Virus record (IMG/VR): IMGVR_UViG_3300000976_000008
Location: 207,223-271,222 of that record
Strand: one strand, 5' to 3'
From: a virus
Taxonomy: Duplodnaviria > Heunggongvirae > Uroviricota > Caudoviricetes
Length of the DNA: 64,000 nucleotides
The notes beneath the pieces are model-generated. The model ran no database searches. It worked only from the letters and a program-made list of their open reading frames with translations, and had not been told where the DNA came from. Positions 17,284-26,279 of this stretch are shown here, one piece after another. The position numbers and the translations under genes are program-made. Position 1 is the first letter of the stretch; each line of letters starts with the position of its first letter.

Positions 17284-17666
17284 GATGATAAAATTCTCAT
17301 GATTGCTGCTTGAGCTAGAAAAGTAATCGCGATAAGAACGACTATTCTCTTAGCGAAGTGGTCGAAAGTCGTCTCAGTGTCAACATAGGTGAGACCCATG
17401 CATTCTTTACCGTCTTCTTCATCGAAATGCTGGACATGAGATAAGACATTCCACTTTCTTTTGAACCATTTGAAATGCCGTGGTTCTCTATAGAGGTGAT
17501 CCTTGAACACCGTCACTATTTCGCAATTTGGCTTCGCCAGATCTTGTTCCAAATCGCTCAACACCCACTTCCACGAGTTACCAAGTTTTCTGATTTCCAA
17601 AAGTGAGAAATGGTGTGGTTCTGCACATTCTACGAGTTTCATCCTGTTGATAACTGACATAGTCAT
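17280..17666 (-). CDS. Paralogue family A protein with C-terminal TM helix
   Basis: KWVLSDLEQDLAKPNCEIVTV; IVVLIAITFLAQAAIM. Confidence 0.65.
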   Translation of the reverse strand: MTMSVINRMKLVECAEPHHFSLLEIRKLGNSWKWVLSDLEQDLAKPNCEIVTVFKDHLYREPRHFKWFKRKWNVLSHVQHFDEEDGKECMGLTYVDTETTFDHFAKRIVVLIAITFLAQAAIMRILSS

Positions 17667-17960
17667 TTATTGCGAGTCCTGAGTATGCGTAAATTCGTCA
17701 TCAATTAGGAATCCATTTACGACTTCGATAAACTGTTCAAGCGAATGTGGATTAGTAATATCGAAGATTTCAAGACATCTATTGACCAATAGTATTCCCT
17801 CATCTGGGATATATGTTAATACGACTCTAGAATTATCTATTCTCGTTTGAAAGACCTCCTTATTATTCCCATCAGTATACTGATGATTGATGGTTATAGA
17901 ATTGGGTGCGACCTCTGCGACGACCATTTCTAAAGTCGGATGGGTTGACGGGATACTCAC
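17667..17960 (-). CDS. Paralogue family B protein
   Basis: IFDITNPHSLEQF. Confidence 0.65.
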   Translation of the reverse strand: MSIPSTHPTLEMVVAEVAPNSITINHQYTDGNNKEVFQTRIDNSRVVLTYIPDEGILLVNRCLEIFDITNPHSLEQFIEVVNGFLIDDEFTHTQDSQ

Positions 17961-18316
17961 GAAAGCCCCTCCTTTTGCTTTTCTTGATCTCTGGTCATAT
18001 CGAGAATAGTCTGGGCCGCATCGAGAGAGAAACCCTTCCGTGATATGTCAAAAGCATTCGTGGTAGGCCACACTGTAAAGCCCTGGGTGAGATCATTACT
18101 GTACATGCCTATATGGAGTTTTGATCCGTTGGTCGTCAAAACGAAACCGATCTGAGCATTCTCACCAGAAACATTAACTTGCACCTGGTACAAATCAAGG
18201 TTTGGGCCTCCACGTTCAGTAGAGATTATTGTCTCGAACTTAGTAGTACCAAAAAGTTGGTTGACATCTCTCATTACTAATCTGAGTGCCGCCTCCCTCA
18301 CAGATATTGTCATCAA
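17957..18316 (-). CDS. Probable family B protein
   Basis: EAALRLVMRDV...AFDISRKGF. Confidence 0.55.
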   Translation of the reverse strand: MMTISVREAALRLVMRDVNQLFGTTKFETIISTERGGPNLDLYQVQVNVSGENAQIGFVLTTNGSKLHIGMYSNDLTQGFTVWPTTNAFDISRKGFSLDAAQTILDMTRDQEKQKEGLS

Positions 18317-18627
18317 GACTCACCCATTATCCGGCCATAGACATAAGCAGCAATTATGTCTGGATAATTCTTATCGACGAGAGCATATTGCTTCTCTTCT
18401 ATTATCGAAGCTGAATCAAGGCTGAATCTTTGGAGCAACTGTTGAATCTTTATCGTCTCTCCATCAACGAAAATCCTAAAAGCGGTTGATAGTTTAGTCG
18501 TTAATCCTCCAATTCTATGAATAGTCCACATATTGTTCCTAGAATAAACACGGAAGTCCGTTTTGTGGAATGCTACATCAACCATGTCTTTAGCTATTTT
18601 AATAGCCGCTTCTTCGAGATCATCCAT
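18313..18627 (-). CDS. Probable family B protein
   Basis: EEAAIKIAKDMV...YALVDKNYPDII. Confidence 0.6.
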   Translation of the reverse strand: MDDLEEAAIKIAKDMVDVAFHKTDFRVYSRNNMWTIHRIGGLTTKLSTAFRIFVDGETIKIQQLLQRFSLDSASIIEEKQYALVDKNYPDIIAAYVYGRIMGES

Positions 18628-18628
18628 T

Positions 18629-18946
18629 CTACCATTTTTCGATATAGGATGAAAGAGTCAAGATTACAATTGCCATCACCACAACCACACAACCTATTAT
18701 GAAAGTATGCTTATACTTGCCCCAAAAAGTGGGTGCAGTTTCGATCATTTTGATTTCGCCATTGCCAAAGATCATATCTTTATCGATTTTGATCTTCTCA
18801 TCTCTGTAGATGAGATAAGTGAAATCTTCGGCAACAAATACTAAATCATCGGGACCTAGATTTGGATCATCAAGATCATTGGTTGTCAACATCCATGATC
18901 GTGCATTCACGAGATCGTATATCTTATCAACTCTGTATATGGGCAT
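18629..18946 (-). CDS. Paralogue family A protein with C-terminal TM helix
   Basis: IYRV...SWMLTTNDLDDPNLGPDDLVFV; FIIGCVVVVMAIVILTL. Confidence 0.75.
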   Translation of the reverse strand: MPIYRVDKIYDLVNARSWMLTTNDLDDPNLGPDDLVFVAEDFTYLIYRDEKIKIDKDMIFGNGEIKMIETAPTFWGKYKHTFIIGCVVVVMAIVILTLSSYIEKW

Positions 18947-19487
18947 ATGGCTGGTTCTGAGTCTTGAATATGCAACCTAAAGATGTTGACTTTGTCTGTA
19001 TCAAATACCTATCTGTTTCGTGGATAAGATGAAATCCCTTCTCTACCACAATTATTGGTAACTCACTATGGGGATTATCTAACTCGGCTGTCGTCACATT
19101 CCACATGAAAGATGTAGGTGTAATTCGCCGATGGACGAGAGAAAAATATTCTTGATGGGATCTTGAAGAATAAGGATGTAGACTCGTAACGACTCGCAAT
19201 AAGCCAATACGCCTATTAGTTTCAATTATTCGGTACACTTGGCAACAATTAGTCAAATCCTTGCCACATATGGAAACTACGTCGTATTCACCAGCTTCAC
19301 TCGGGATCTCTTTAAGGGACCATGTGACGATGGGTTCACTACCGTCATGTCCCACCTTCCTAGATTTAATCTGAAAGTTTCTGATCACGAACTCGTCCCA
19401 TACATGTGAAACAAAGGCGAACAGAGCAACGGTTTCCATCAAGTTGAAAGATTGGATCACATGGATCTTCGCAGAAATTACAATCAC
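18927..19487 (-). CDS. Paralogue family A protein, two domains
   Basis: VTWSLKEIP... and FMWNVTTAELDNPHSELPIIVV. Confidence 0.6.
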   Translation of the reverse strand: MIVISAKIHVIQSFNLMETVALFAFVSHVWDEFVIRNFQIKSRKVGHDGSEPIVTWSLKEIPSEAGEYDVVSICGKDLTNCCQVYRIIETNRRIGLLRVVTSLHPYSSRSHQEYFSLVHRRITPTSFMWNVTTAELDNPHSELPIIVVEKGFHLIHETDRYLIQTKSTSLGCIFKTQNQPYAHIQS

Positions 19488-19577
19488 CGATAGTGTCGAT
19501 TCTACCTTTGGTGATCTGAAATTTCAATCTCCTAGCTGGCGGGAGATCATTCCCTCTGCTACCCATAGCATCTCGCA

Positions 19578-19904
19578 TCATAATTCCGCCAACGCCTTTC
19601 GAATAACAGCAATTACTTGATCTCGATTGGTGAAATCAATAGGCCAGCCAACTTTCCCATTCGGCCTTTTAGTGAATTCTTCTGTCTCAGGGTTGAAGAA
19701 GGCATGCCGTGATCCTCTTCTACCCTTCGTCGTCGAGTTTATCGTTTGGATATCGCAACGCACCTTTATGTAAGGTTTCGTGTTAGGAGTTGCCAAATCA
19801 CCAACTAAGAATACCTCAATATTCTTAGCTATCACGAATCCATTCTCACCTTTAAGGAAGTCGTCCCGCAATATGCTAATTTCTTCGAGTTGTGGCTTAG
19901 GCAT
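19578..19904 (-). CDS. Hypothetical protein
   Basis: 108-aa coupled ORF. Confidence 0.6.
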   Translation of the reverse strand: MPKPQLEEISILRDDFLKGENGFVIAKNIEVFLVGDLATPNTKPYIKVRCDIQTINSTTKGRRGSRHAFFNPETEEFTKRPNGKVGWPIDFTNRDQVIAVIRKALAEL

Positions 19905-20454
19905 GATCTCTTTCTAAAGATTCGTGGCAATAACGATTGAACTCGAATTGCTGCCTTTTCGAAACCACGAAATTGATCCTGCGAAATTGCTTCAGGATCT
20001 TCGGTAGAAATTCTGGGTCGGCTATCTCAATAGCGACATCTCCGGATAAGTTAGTTTCAGTCGTTATCTCCGTAGAGACTCGAACATCATCCACTAACAT
20101 CCATTTTATCCTGACATTGGCTACAGCATTATTAGGCCATTGTATTGTATCGGCATCGATAGCATGAGTTTCTATGCCATTATCGAGCAAGAATTGTTGA
20201 AGACCTTGCATGGCTGGATTCAAATGATGCGAAACCTCTTGCTTAGTCCCTGGTATAATCAGTCTACGACGACCAACCTGAATCCATTGTGCGATGAACA
20301 TTGGAACAATATAGTCCGCATACTGTTCGACACATTCTTTAAAGGCTCCCTGGGGGTTATCTGATTCGTATACAGGATACCAATGACGCTCATATTCGAT
20401 AGGATTATCAGTTTCTATGCCGTAACCCCAACCCATCTTACTCATTGGTATCAC
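19897..20454 (-). CDS. Protein with a C-terminal family B domain
   Basis: IEIADPEFLPKI. Confidence 0.65.
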   Translation of the reverse strand: MIPMSKMGWGYGIETDNPIEYERHWYPVYESDNPQGAFKECVEQYADYIVPMFIAQWIQVGRRRLIIPGTKQEVSHHLNPAMQGLQQFLLDNGIETHAIDADTIQWPNNAVANVRIKWMLVDDVRVSTEITTETNLSGDVAIEIADPEFLPKILKQFRRINFVVSKRQQFEFNRYCHESLERDHA

Positions 20455-20765
20455 CCCTGCTGGAGTATTCTGTGGTACTTATCTGGTTTGCGGCGGGTTC
20501 GAACAATTGTAGAACCCTCACCGTCATCGCTAACACGCAAGACAGTATACTCGGAGTTTTTGTGGATCAGAGTCCCATGTTCAGGAGAAAGAATAACCAA
20601 ATCATCCTTGATCTCACGATTAGGATCAGTCATCCCATTGACAGTAACTCTCCATTCGATAACGTTCTGTCCTAAAATCAAGCTAGTTTTCTCTTCGGCT
20701 AGCAAGTAATACTCAAGAATTATTTGAACGCTGCTTCGTGGAACTTTAGTGTCGTTTTCCGCCAT
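20451..20765 (-). CDS. Paralogue family A protein
   Basis: YYLL...IEWRVTVNGMTDPNREIKDDLVIL...LIHKNSEYTV. Confidence 0.7.
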   Translation of the reverse strand: MAENDTKVPRSSVQIILEYYLLAEEKTSLILGQNVIEWRVTVNGMTDPNREIKDDLVILSPEHGTLIHKNSEYTVLRVSDDGEGSTIVRTRRKPDKYHRILQQG

Positions 20766-21025
20766 CCTTCCAATGTGTCCTTATCTTCCGCTTCGTCGAA
20801 TTTGCCAGCATCTATCTCCGCTTGCAGTTCCTTGCCGATCTCCATGAACCTATCGACGTCTCGATCTTCCACCATCTCCATTAAAAGCCACTGACCTGAT
20901 ATCCGACGAAAGCGGCCTGAATCGAAGATCACATGCTCTAGAACGGACTCACTGTCTGACTGACACAACGGCAATCGGCCAACGCAGTGTTTCACATCGT
21001 CTGCTGACTCACGGTCAACAATCAC
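20720..21025 (-). CDS. Hypothetical protein
   Basis: ORF track; co-oriented. Confidence 0.45.
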   Translation of the reverse strand: MIVDRESADDVKHCVGRLPLCQSDSESVLEHVIFDSGRFRRISGQWLLMEMVEDRDVDRFMEIGKELQAEIDAGKFDEAEDKDTLEGWRKTTLKFHEAAFK

Positions 21026-21056
21026 AGCTTGAGTTGCTCAGAATATCACGAAACGT

Positions 21057-21416
21057 TTAGTTTTCATCACTTCCCCAAATGAGTATGTTACAAAACTTTC
21101 GTTTTGTTACAACAAAGATTGAATCGTCTGGCAAATGGGGAAGCCAACTCGCTTTTTTGATCTCTAACCCTGAAGTTGGGCTGCCAATTATCTCGTATTC
21201 TTCTTCGCTCTCACAATGGACCAGAGTCTTGTAATGTCGCGAGACCATCACAATTTCTGATTTTGCAGCATCAGACTCGATATCAGTTGTCAGATACCAA
21301 TTGGTGAGGTCTGCACCAACATTCTTCTGATTAATCCGATAGCATTTGAATTTTGCTGGATCTACGAACATGATTGAGAAAATTACTCGAAGAACGGAGA
21401 ATCTTCGACGATGCAA
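21057..21416 (-). CDS. Paralogue family A protein (start probably 21371)
   Basis: CYRI...NWYLTTDIESDAAKSEIVMV. Confidence 0.6.
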   Translation of the reverse strand: MHRRRFSVLRVIFSIMFVDPAKFKCYRINQKNVGADLTNWYLTTDIESDAAKSEIVMVSRHYKTLVHCESEEEYEIIGSPTSGLEIKKASWLPHLPDDSIFVVTKRKFCNILIWGSDEN

Positions 21417-21637
21417 TCAACTTGAAATTCGACTTCGTCGTAGATGTAAGTGATGTTGTCGGCTAAGTTCCCATAGACTTCGACTTGAGCCACACCCTCT
21501 GTATGGTTCATTTCTGTAACAATACAATCGCCGACTTGGGGACCACTCCTAGCAACAGCTTCTCGAATGTTGTCGACAGCATCTTCTTCGCTTGTGGCGT
21601 TCTTGAAATCGACTTGGTAGATTGTGGGATTATTCAT
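21383..21637 (-). CDS. Acidic hypothetical protein
   Basis: First ORF after motif 21680. Confidence 0.65.
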   Translation of the reverse strand: MNNPTIYQVDFKNATSEEDAVDNIREAVARSGPQVGDCIVTEMNHTEGVAQVEVYGNLADNITYIYDEVEFQVDCIVEDSPFFE

Positions 21638-21679
21638 TGTTCTCTCAGTTCTCTCAGTGGGGGTTAGGATTATACCTAT

Positions 21680-21707
21680 ATGTTGCGGGCAAAGATTCCC
21701 TAGTTAA
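21680..21707 (-). promoter_or_regulatory. Conserved promoter-like element
   Basis: TTAAC-N14-CCGCAACAT-N5-TATAAT. Confidence 0.7.
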
Positions 21708-21710
21708 TAC

Positions 21711-21746
21711 GTTTGAAGGGGTCTAGTAGTTCTAGCCCCTTCAAAC
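21711..21746 (-). terminator. Hairpin, probable terminator of the DUF932 gene
   Basis: GTTTGAAGGGG...CCCCTTCAAAC inverted repeat 21 nt after the stop. Confidence 0.6.
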
Positions 21747-21767
21747 TCCACGTTTGGAGAACGTGTG

Positions 21768-23048
21768 TTACTTCTCCATGTCGGTGTGGAAGTCAGCGAA
21801 CTCACCGAATCGTTCCTTCGTGCCTTCCATGTCGAATTCACCACTGATCAGAGTTCCGACCATGCCGTTCAGTTTTCTGGCACCAGCAGTTGTAGCGTAG
21901 TGAGTGGCCACCTCGGTTGCGAAGTTGATCATATCGTAGACGGTGCACTTGACGGGTAGTGCTCTCTGACGCTTTGCAGAGAGAGCATCGATGTTTGCCA
22001 GACCATATGTGTGATTGACGTCTCCAGTCATCCGGTGGAAGGCAGAGACGATCGGGCTTCCGATTCCATCAGATTCTTCTTCCATTTCGGTGTGTGAAGC
22101 TGTTTGATCAAGTCCCGACAGTCGCTTCAAGTCGACACCGCGAGCCAAGCGAGAATCTGCCTTGCGGAGGCCGTTGCTGTTGTGCAGTTTGATTAGAAGC
22201 TTGTATAGAATCTGTGATTCGTGGACACTTGCCCAACTTGTCGAAGCTGATGCCATTCGCTGCCGAAGTGCTGTGAATCCCTCGTCGTTGTTGAACCCGT
22301 CCAGTGCACGAGTGATTGTCGGCATCACATCGTCTGATGCCTTTCCGAGATTCAACGAACTTCGGAAGACTTTGGCGTAACCCACAAGACCGTTCTGGCA
22401 AATGTGACGCAAGAGTGACAGGTAGAAACTTGGTGCACCATAGCCGTCAATCGGAGTCGTCATCAAGAATCGATTCGAGAACATGTCTCCAGCGACCTTG
22501 AAATCTGCACCACCGATTCGCGGTGAGTGAGTCGAGTAGACCTCACCATTATTATAGGCGATATCCTGCCCATTGTACTTTTCAAGTGCACCGACTAGGT
22601 CTTCGTGCTGGACGATCGGCTTCGTTGGATTGCTGACAGCCATCAGAGTGCTGGTGACCTTACCGTTTTCGTCCGTGTGACGTTCAACGCACAATCGCAT
22701 TTGATCTGCTGACTCTCGCTGAGCAATTCGCTGGAAGACCTCGGCGTGGTCGAAATACTTGAAGAATGCCTTGTTGAACCCGTAGCGAGCGTAAAGGCTT
22801 GTCCAGAACCGCTGTGAAGGCTTGATTGGCTCGTCTTTGACGAGCATAGCATCCACGATTGGCTTCCCATTCTGGGTGTTCGTGCCCATCTTCACTTCGA
22901 GATCGCCGATTGGTGCGAACTGGTACTCGAATCGAGTGGTTCCCGGCTTACCTGCTGGCACCACAATTGTCTGTTGAGATGTTGGAATCATTGTCATTGG
23001 GGGTGTTGCTGCTGGGGCTGCTGGGGCTGCTGGGGATACTGTAGTCAT
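21768..23048 (-). CDS. DUF932-family protein
   Basis: IDGYG....LSLLRHICQNGLV matches the DUF932 DG/RxxCxNG signature; start moved to ATG 23048 (GGAG RBS). Confidence 0.7.
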   Translation of the reverse strand: MTTVSPAAPAAPAATPPMTMIPTSQQTIVVPAGKPGTTRFEYQFAPIGDLEVKMGTNTQNGKPIVDAMLVKDEPIKPSQRFWTSLYARYGFNKAFFKYFDHAEVFQRIAQRESADQMRLCVERHTDENGKVTSTLMAVSNPTKPIVQHEDLVGALEKYNGQDIAYNNGEVYSTHSPRIGGADFKVAGDMFSNRFLMTTPIDGYGAPSFYLSLLRHICQNGLVGYAKVFRSSLNLGKASDDVMPTITRALDGFNNDEGFTALRQRMASASTSWASVHESQILYKLLIKLHNSNGLRKADSRLARGVDLKRLSGLDQTASHTEMEEESDGIGSPIVSAFHRMTGDVNHTYGLANIDALSAKRQRALPVKCTVYDMINFATEVATHYATTAGARKLNGMVGTLISGEFDMEGTKERFGEFADFHTDMEK

Positions 23049-23097
23049 GTCGTCTCCAAGATTGTTGTTTCGGAGGACCAAATTCCCCCATATTATC

Positions 23098-23124
23098 CTG
23101 TTGCGAGAAAATATAGTATGTTAA
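23098..23124 (-). promoter_or_regulatory. Conserved promoter-like element
   Basis: TTAAC-N13-TCGCAACAG-N5-TA. Confidence 0.72.
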
Positions 23125-23174
23125 TACTGGGGATTATCCTGAAAGATACGATTCCATGTTTTTGAGCAGTCGAA

Positions 23175-23786
23175 ATGATCCTATTCGTTGAGTATTACGA
23201 CTCTGGTGATGATCAGAGACAAGAAGAAATCTTAAAATGCCTCAAGATCAATATAGAAAATCCTGCTTTCTCCAAGGTGGTTGTGTTCTCAGAACAAAAA
23301 GAAGGCATCGATTCCTTAGACGTCGAAATCGTTTTTTCTAAGAGATTAAAATTCTCCGATGTTCTTAGAAAGGGGTCCGAATCATCAGAGACGCTTGTTC
23401 TGGCTAATTCTGATATCGCGTTTGATGATTCCGCGAGTCTGCTTGATGAAGTTCCAAATAATGTTGCCTATTGTGTGAGCAGAATTGATATTCTCGCGGA
23501 CGGTGGATCTCAACCATTCTTCAGACCAGACAGTCAAGATGTTTGGGCTTTCAAACTGAATGGTGAGACTGACTTCGAAGCAGTTGACTTCTATCTAGGT
23601 GTACCAGGTTGTGATAATTCCTTCGCTTTTCACTTGAGCGAGAGTTTCGGATTTGAGTTGGCGAATCCTTGTCTTTCAATAAACTGCTTTCACCACCATT
23701 TGAGCAACTTTAGATCTTACGATATTGACAACGTTGACAGAGTGCCACCACCTTATCTGCACGTTTATCCAAGTAAAGTGATATAA
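23175..23786 (+). CDS. Glycosyltransferase-like (GT-A) conserved protein
   Basis: VLANSDI (DxD-like), SQDVWAF, LGVPGCDN, HHH motifs. Confidence 0.6.
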   Translation: MILFVEYYDSGDDQRQEEILKCLKINIENPAFSKVVVFSEQKEGIDSLDVEIVFSKRLKFSDVLRKGSESSETLVLANSDIAFDDSASLLDEVPNNVAYCVSRIDILADGGSQPFFRPDSQDVWAFKLNGETDFEAVDFYLGVPGCDNSFAFHLSESFGFELANPCLSINCFHHHLSNFRSYDIDNVDRVPPPYLHVYPSKVI

Positions 23787-23791
23787 AAGAA

Positions 23792-23826
23792 AGGGTGGCC
23801 ACCGTTTCGACAGTAATGGCCACCCT
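23792..23826 (-). terminator. Intrinsic terminator between convergent genes
   Basis: AGGGTGGCCA...TGGCCACCCT stem followed by TTCTTTT on the minus strand. Confidence 0.65.
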
Positions 23827-23843
23827 CTCGGCACAGAGATCTC

Positions 23844-25082
23844 TTAGAAACGAATTTGACGTGCCCTCTTACCTTTAGCATTCTTGGTGATGAAGTCAGG
23901 CATTGAGACTTCAGTAGTCGCGATTGCTTGCCTTGCTCGACCATTGATTTCGGCCAAGTAAGGATTGACAGTCAGAGAACGCCATTCTTGACCCTTCCAA
24001 AGGTACTGCTGCTCTGGAAGGGCAGTCTTGAGCATGGGGTGCTTGGTCATCTTCGATTGGATGATGTTCTTCACTGGAAGACTTGCGAACTTTCGAAACG
24101 CACGGCCAGCCATTTGCATCGTTGGACCACGACCTGAATCTCGAACCCAAGCACTTTGAAGACTTGGATCATCGAAGCCTTCTGTCAGAACCATGCAATT
24201 GATCAGCTTGTCAGTGTCATTGTTCAAGTAAGCTTCAAGTTGAGCTTCTCGGTTGCTAGATCCGGTAATCACTGGATCGAGTGCATCCATGCCCTTCTTA
24301 TCGCCATCTCTGCAGGCTTTCTGCCATCGTGCGAAGTGCCCACGTTTGCAAAGAATATCTCGTTGGGCGATGCAATCTACATGGGTCAACCAGTAGAAGA
24401 TCGATCGTCCCCAACGTTCAGGGTCTGCACAGTATTGGTCAGAGACTGTCTGAGGGTCCCACTTCGGGATCGTGTAGTGATCATATCGGCTCAAGTAGCC
24501 GTCTTGAATCAACTGGTGGATTCCAGCATCCTTGACGACCTTGTCGAAGCACAATTTGACTCGATCCGTTCGGAAAGGTGTCGCTGTGAGTCCGAGAATC
24601 TTGTCTGGTTCGATGATATTGTGCAAGTGGGCCATCGAATTGGCTGCATCGTGCTGTGCCTCATCGACCACCAAGAGAATATCGCGACCGTCTTTACGAG
24701 CTTGGACAAGTCCCTCTGGATTCTTGTCAAACATGCTGACGTACTCGATATCAGGTACATTCAGGCCAAGTTCTTTATTGGCTTTGGCCGCTTGACGGAG
24801 TAGGTCACGACGCATCGCACACCATCCGATGGCCAGATTTGGATTCTCCTTCTTGAGAATGGCTGCAGTCATGAAGCCCATGACAGTCTTCCCACTGCCT
24901 GTGGGGCTCTCGACCATAACACTGCGTGCGGCGGTTTCGCGGTCACCACCACCGTTTACGTAGTCTCCATTGAACATGTTGACCGACTTGCCAACGATCG
25001 TGCGTTGGTAAGGTCGTGGCTCGATTATCGAACCCTTGATGATCTCGTCGATACGGGCTGTAGCATCTGGTGTAGCAATCAT
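23844..25082 (-). CDS. Superfamily 2 DExH helicase (SSL2/UvsW/IRC3-like)
   Basis: PRPYQ, SPTGSGKT, VDEAQH, GLTATP, LTEGFD, QMAGRAFR. Confidence 0.92.
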   Translation of the reverse strand: MIATPDATARIDEIIKGSIIEPRPYQRTIVGKSVNMFNGDYVNGGGDRETAARSVMVESPTGSGKTVMGFMTAAILKKENPNLAIGWCAMRRDLLRQAAKANKELGLNVPDIEYVSMFDKNPEGLVQARKDGRDILLVVDEAQHDAANSMAHLHNIIEPDKILGLTATPFRTDRVKLCFDKVVKDAGIHQLIQDGYLSRYDHYTIPKWDPQTVSDQYCADPERWGRSIFYWLTHVDCIAQRDILCKRGHFARWQKACRDGDKKGMDALDPVITGSSNREAQLEAYLNNDTDKLINCMVLTEGFDDPSLQSAWVRDSGRGPTMQMAGRAFRKFASLPVKNIIQSKMTKHPMLKTALPEQQYLWKGQEWRSLTVNPYLAEINGRARQAIATTEVSMPDFITKNAKGKRARQIRF

Positions 25083-25134
25083 AATTACCTCTGTGCTAGG
25101 TGTTCAGGAGGGGCTGTCGTCCCCTCATACCTCC

Positions 25135-25161
25135 TTGTTGCGAACATATGGGATGGGTTAA
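25135..25161 (-). promoter_or_regulatory. Conserved promoter-like element
   Basis: TTAAC-N13-TCGCAACAA-N5-TA, followed by a GAGGGG/CCCCTC hairpin. Confidence 0.75.
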
Positions 25162-25200
25162 ATCTACTATCCGGATTCCGCTTTCTTCCTAGGCGAATCT

Positions 25201-25419
25201 CTAAAATCCTGCCCGCATCAGGTAATGAATTGTGTGAAGCCCAGGATGTACTGGATCTGCCCAACCATCCCTGAAACTGTTGGCTAGTTTAGAACAAATG
25301 AAACGCATTTCTTCATCAGTAGAAGGTGATGCGACGAATGGAACTTTTGGACCATCTTTTCCATAAGTAGCAATTTGGATTCCTTCATCTACGAAAGGTT
25401 CAGGGTCCATCATAACCAT
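25201..25419 (-). CDS. Hypothetical protein
   Basis: 72-aa ORF. Confidence 0.5.
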   Translation of the reverse strand: MVMMDPEPFVDEGIQIATYGKDGPKVPFVASPSTDEEMRFICSKLANSFRDGWADPVHPGLHTIHYLMRAGF

Positions 25420-25434
25420 ATCTTTCCAATACAG

Positions 25435-26004
25435 TCAAGGGGATTGTGCGGACGATTTAGCTTCTGTTACATCGATACCTAACTCATTCTTGACCTTCCG
25501 TTGCAACATTGGATCGCCTAGAGGGCCATCGAAGCTATTAGGATCATCCATGTCCGCACTTTTAGGCCCCAAGACAATATCCTCCAAAGGATTATTCTTG
25601 AAGAATTCGGCAACGTCGAATTGAGCTTGTGCACGTGCCTGACTATTTAATTGGCTCCTGAGTTCTCTCTTGTAGATTTCGAGAGCCTCATCTTGCATGC
25701 CTTTATGGATGGGTTCGTATTGCGAAAGAGTGGGGATATAGGCTTTCACTACTGATTCGATTTGTTTTTTCGCACTATCCGTGACATTTTCACGAATCAA
25801 TTCACCAATTAAACCTCTGTTACCGTTACAATGATCGATTCGAACTCTATGACCTTCGTCAGACAACCCGATAATCCCAGCAACACCTTTGTTGAGTAAC
25901 TTGCTGACTTTGCAAGGCAAATCTGCGATGAATTGAGCGACCGCGTTATCAATAGCATTCTTGATTTCGGTCCGTTGCGTGTCTGTTAGATCTTCTGGTT
26001 TCAT
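25435..26004 (-). CDS. Hypothetical protein, paralogue of 3966..4526
   Basis: GIIG and DPNSFDG motifs; start moved to ATG 26004 (overlaps the upstream stop). Confidence 0.7.
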   Translation of the reverse strand: MKPEDLTDTQRTEIKNAIDNAVAQFIADLPCKVSKLLNKGVAGIIGLSDEGHRVRIDHCNGNRGLIGELIRENVTDSAKKQIESVVKAYIPTLSQYEPIHKGMQDEALEIYKRELRSQLNSQARAQAQFDVAEFFKNNPLEDIVLGPKSADMDDPNSFDGPLGDPMLQRKVKNELGIDVTEAKSSAQSP

Positions 26005-26279
26005 GGTTGTACTCTGATGAATCCTGGAGGGATTATTGCGGACATTTTCTTCTCTGTTTCGGTGATGCAAGATTCATGACGTTCTGCGAAAACTTCGCCA
26101 ACGTCTATACCGTTCAATCTGGCTTCATGCATCGCCGAATTACCAATCCTCTTGATCGTAATTTCACCAAGAACATTGGAGACCTCATATAGACCTTCTT
26201 CAAGACTTCCATCTATGGGCAAGAACAGGCCAGCTATCTTACCTTTACGAACTAGAATTCTACCAACTGGTCTCATCAT
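26001..26279 (-). CDS. Hypothetical protein
   Basis: Coupled ORF. Confidence 0.6.
   Translation of the reverse strand: MMRPVGRILVRKGKIAGLFLPIDGSLEEGLYEVSNVLGEITIKRIGNSAMHEARLNGIDVGEVFAERHESCITETEKKMSAIIPPGFIRVQP

Noticed and set aside
10367-21416. Diversity-generating retroelement behind the paralogue arrays
   Set aside because: No reverse transcriptase and no near-identical TR/VR pair differing at adenines was seen
21665-21707. Motif as a standard sigma70 promoter (TTGCAA ... TATAAT/TACAAT)
   Set aside because: The distance between the TTGCAA-like and TATAAT-like hexamers is about 8 nt, not 17, and only the YA is conserved
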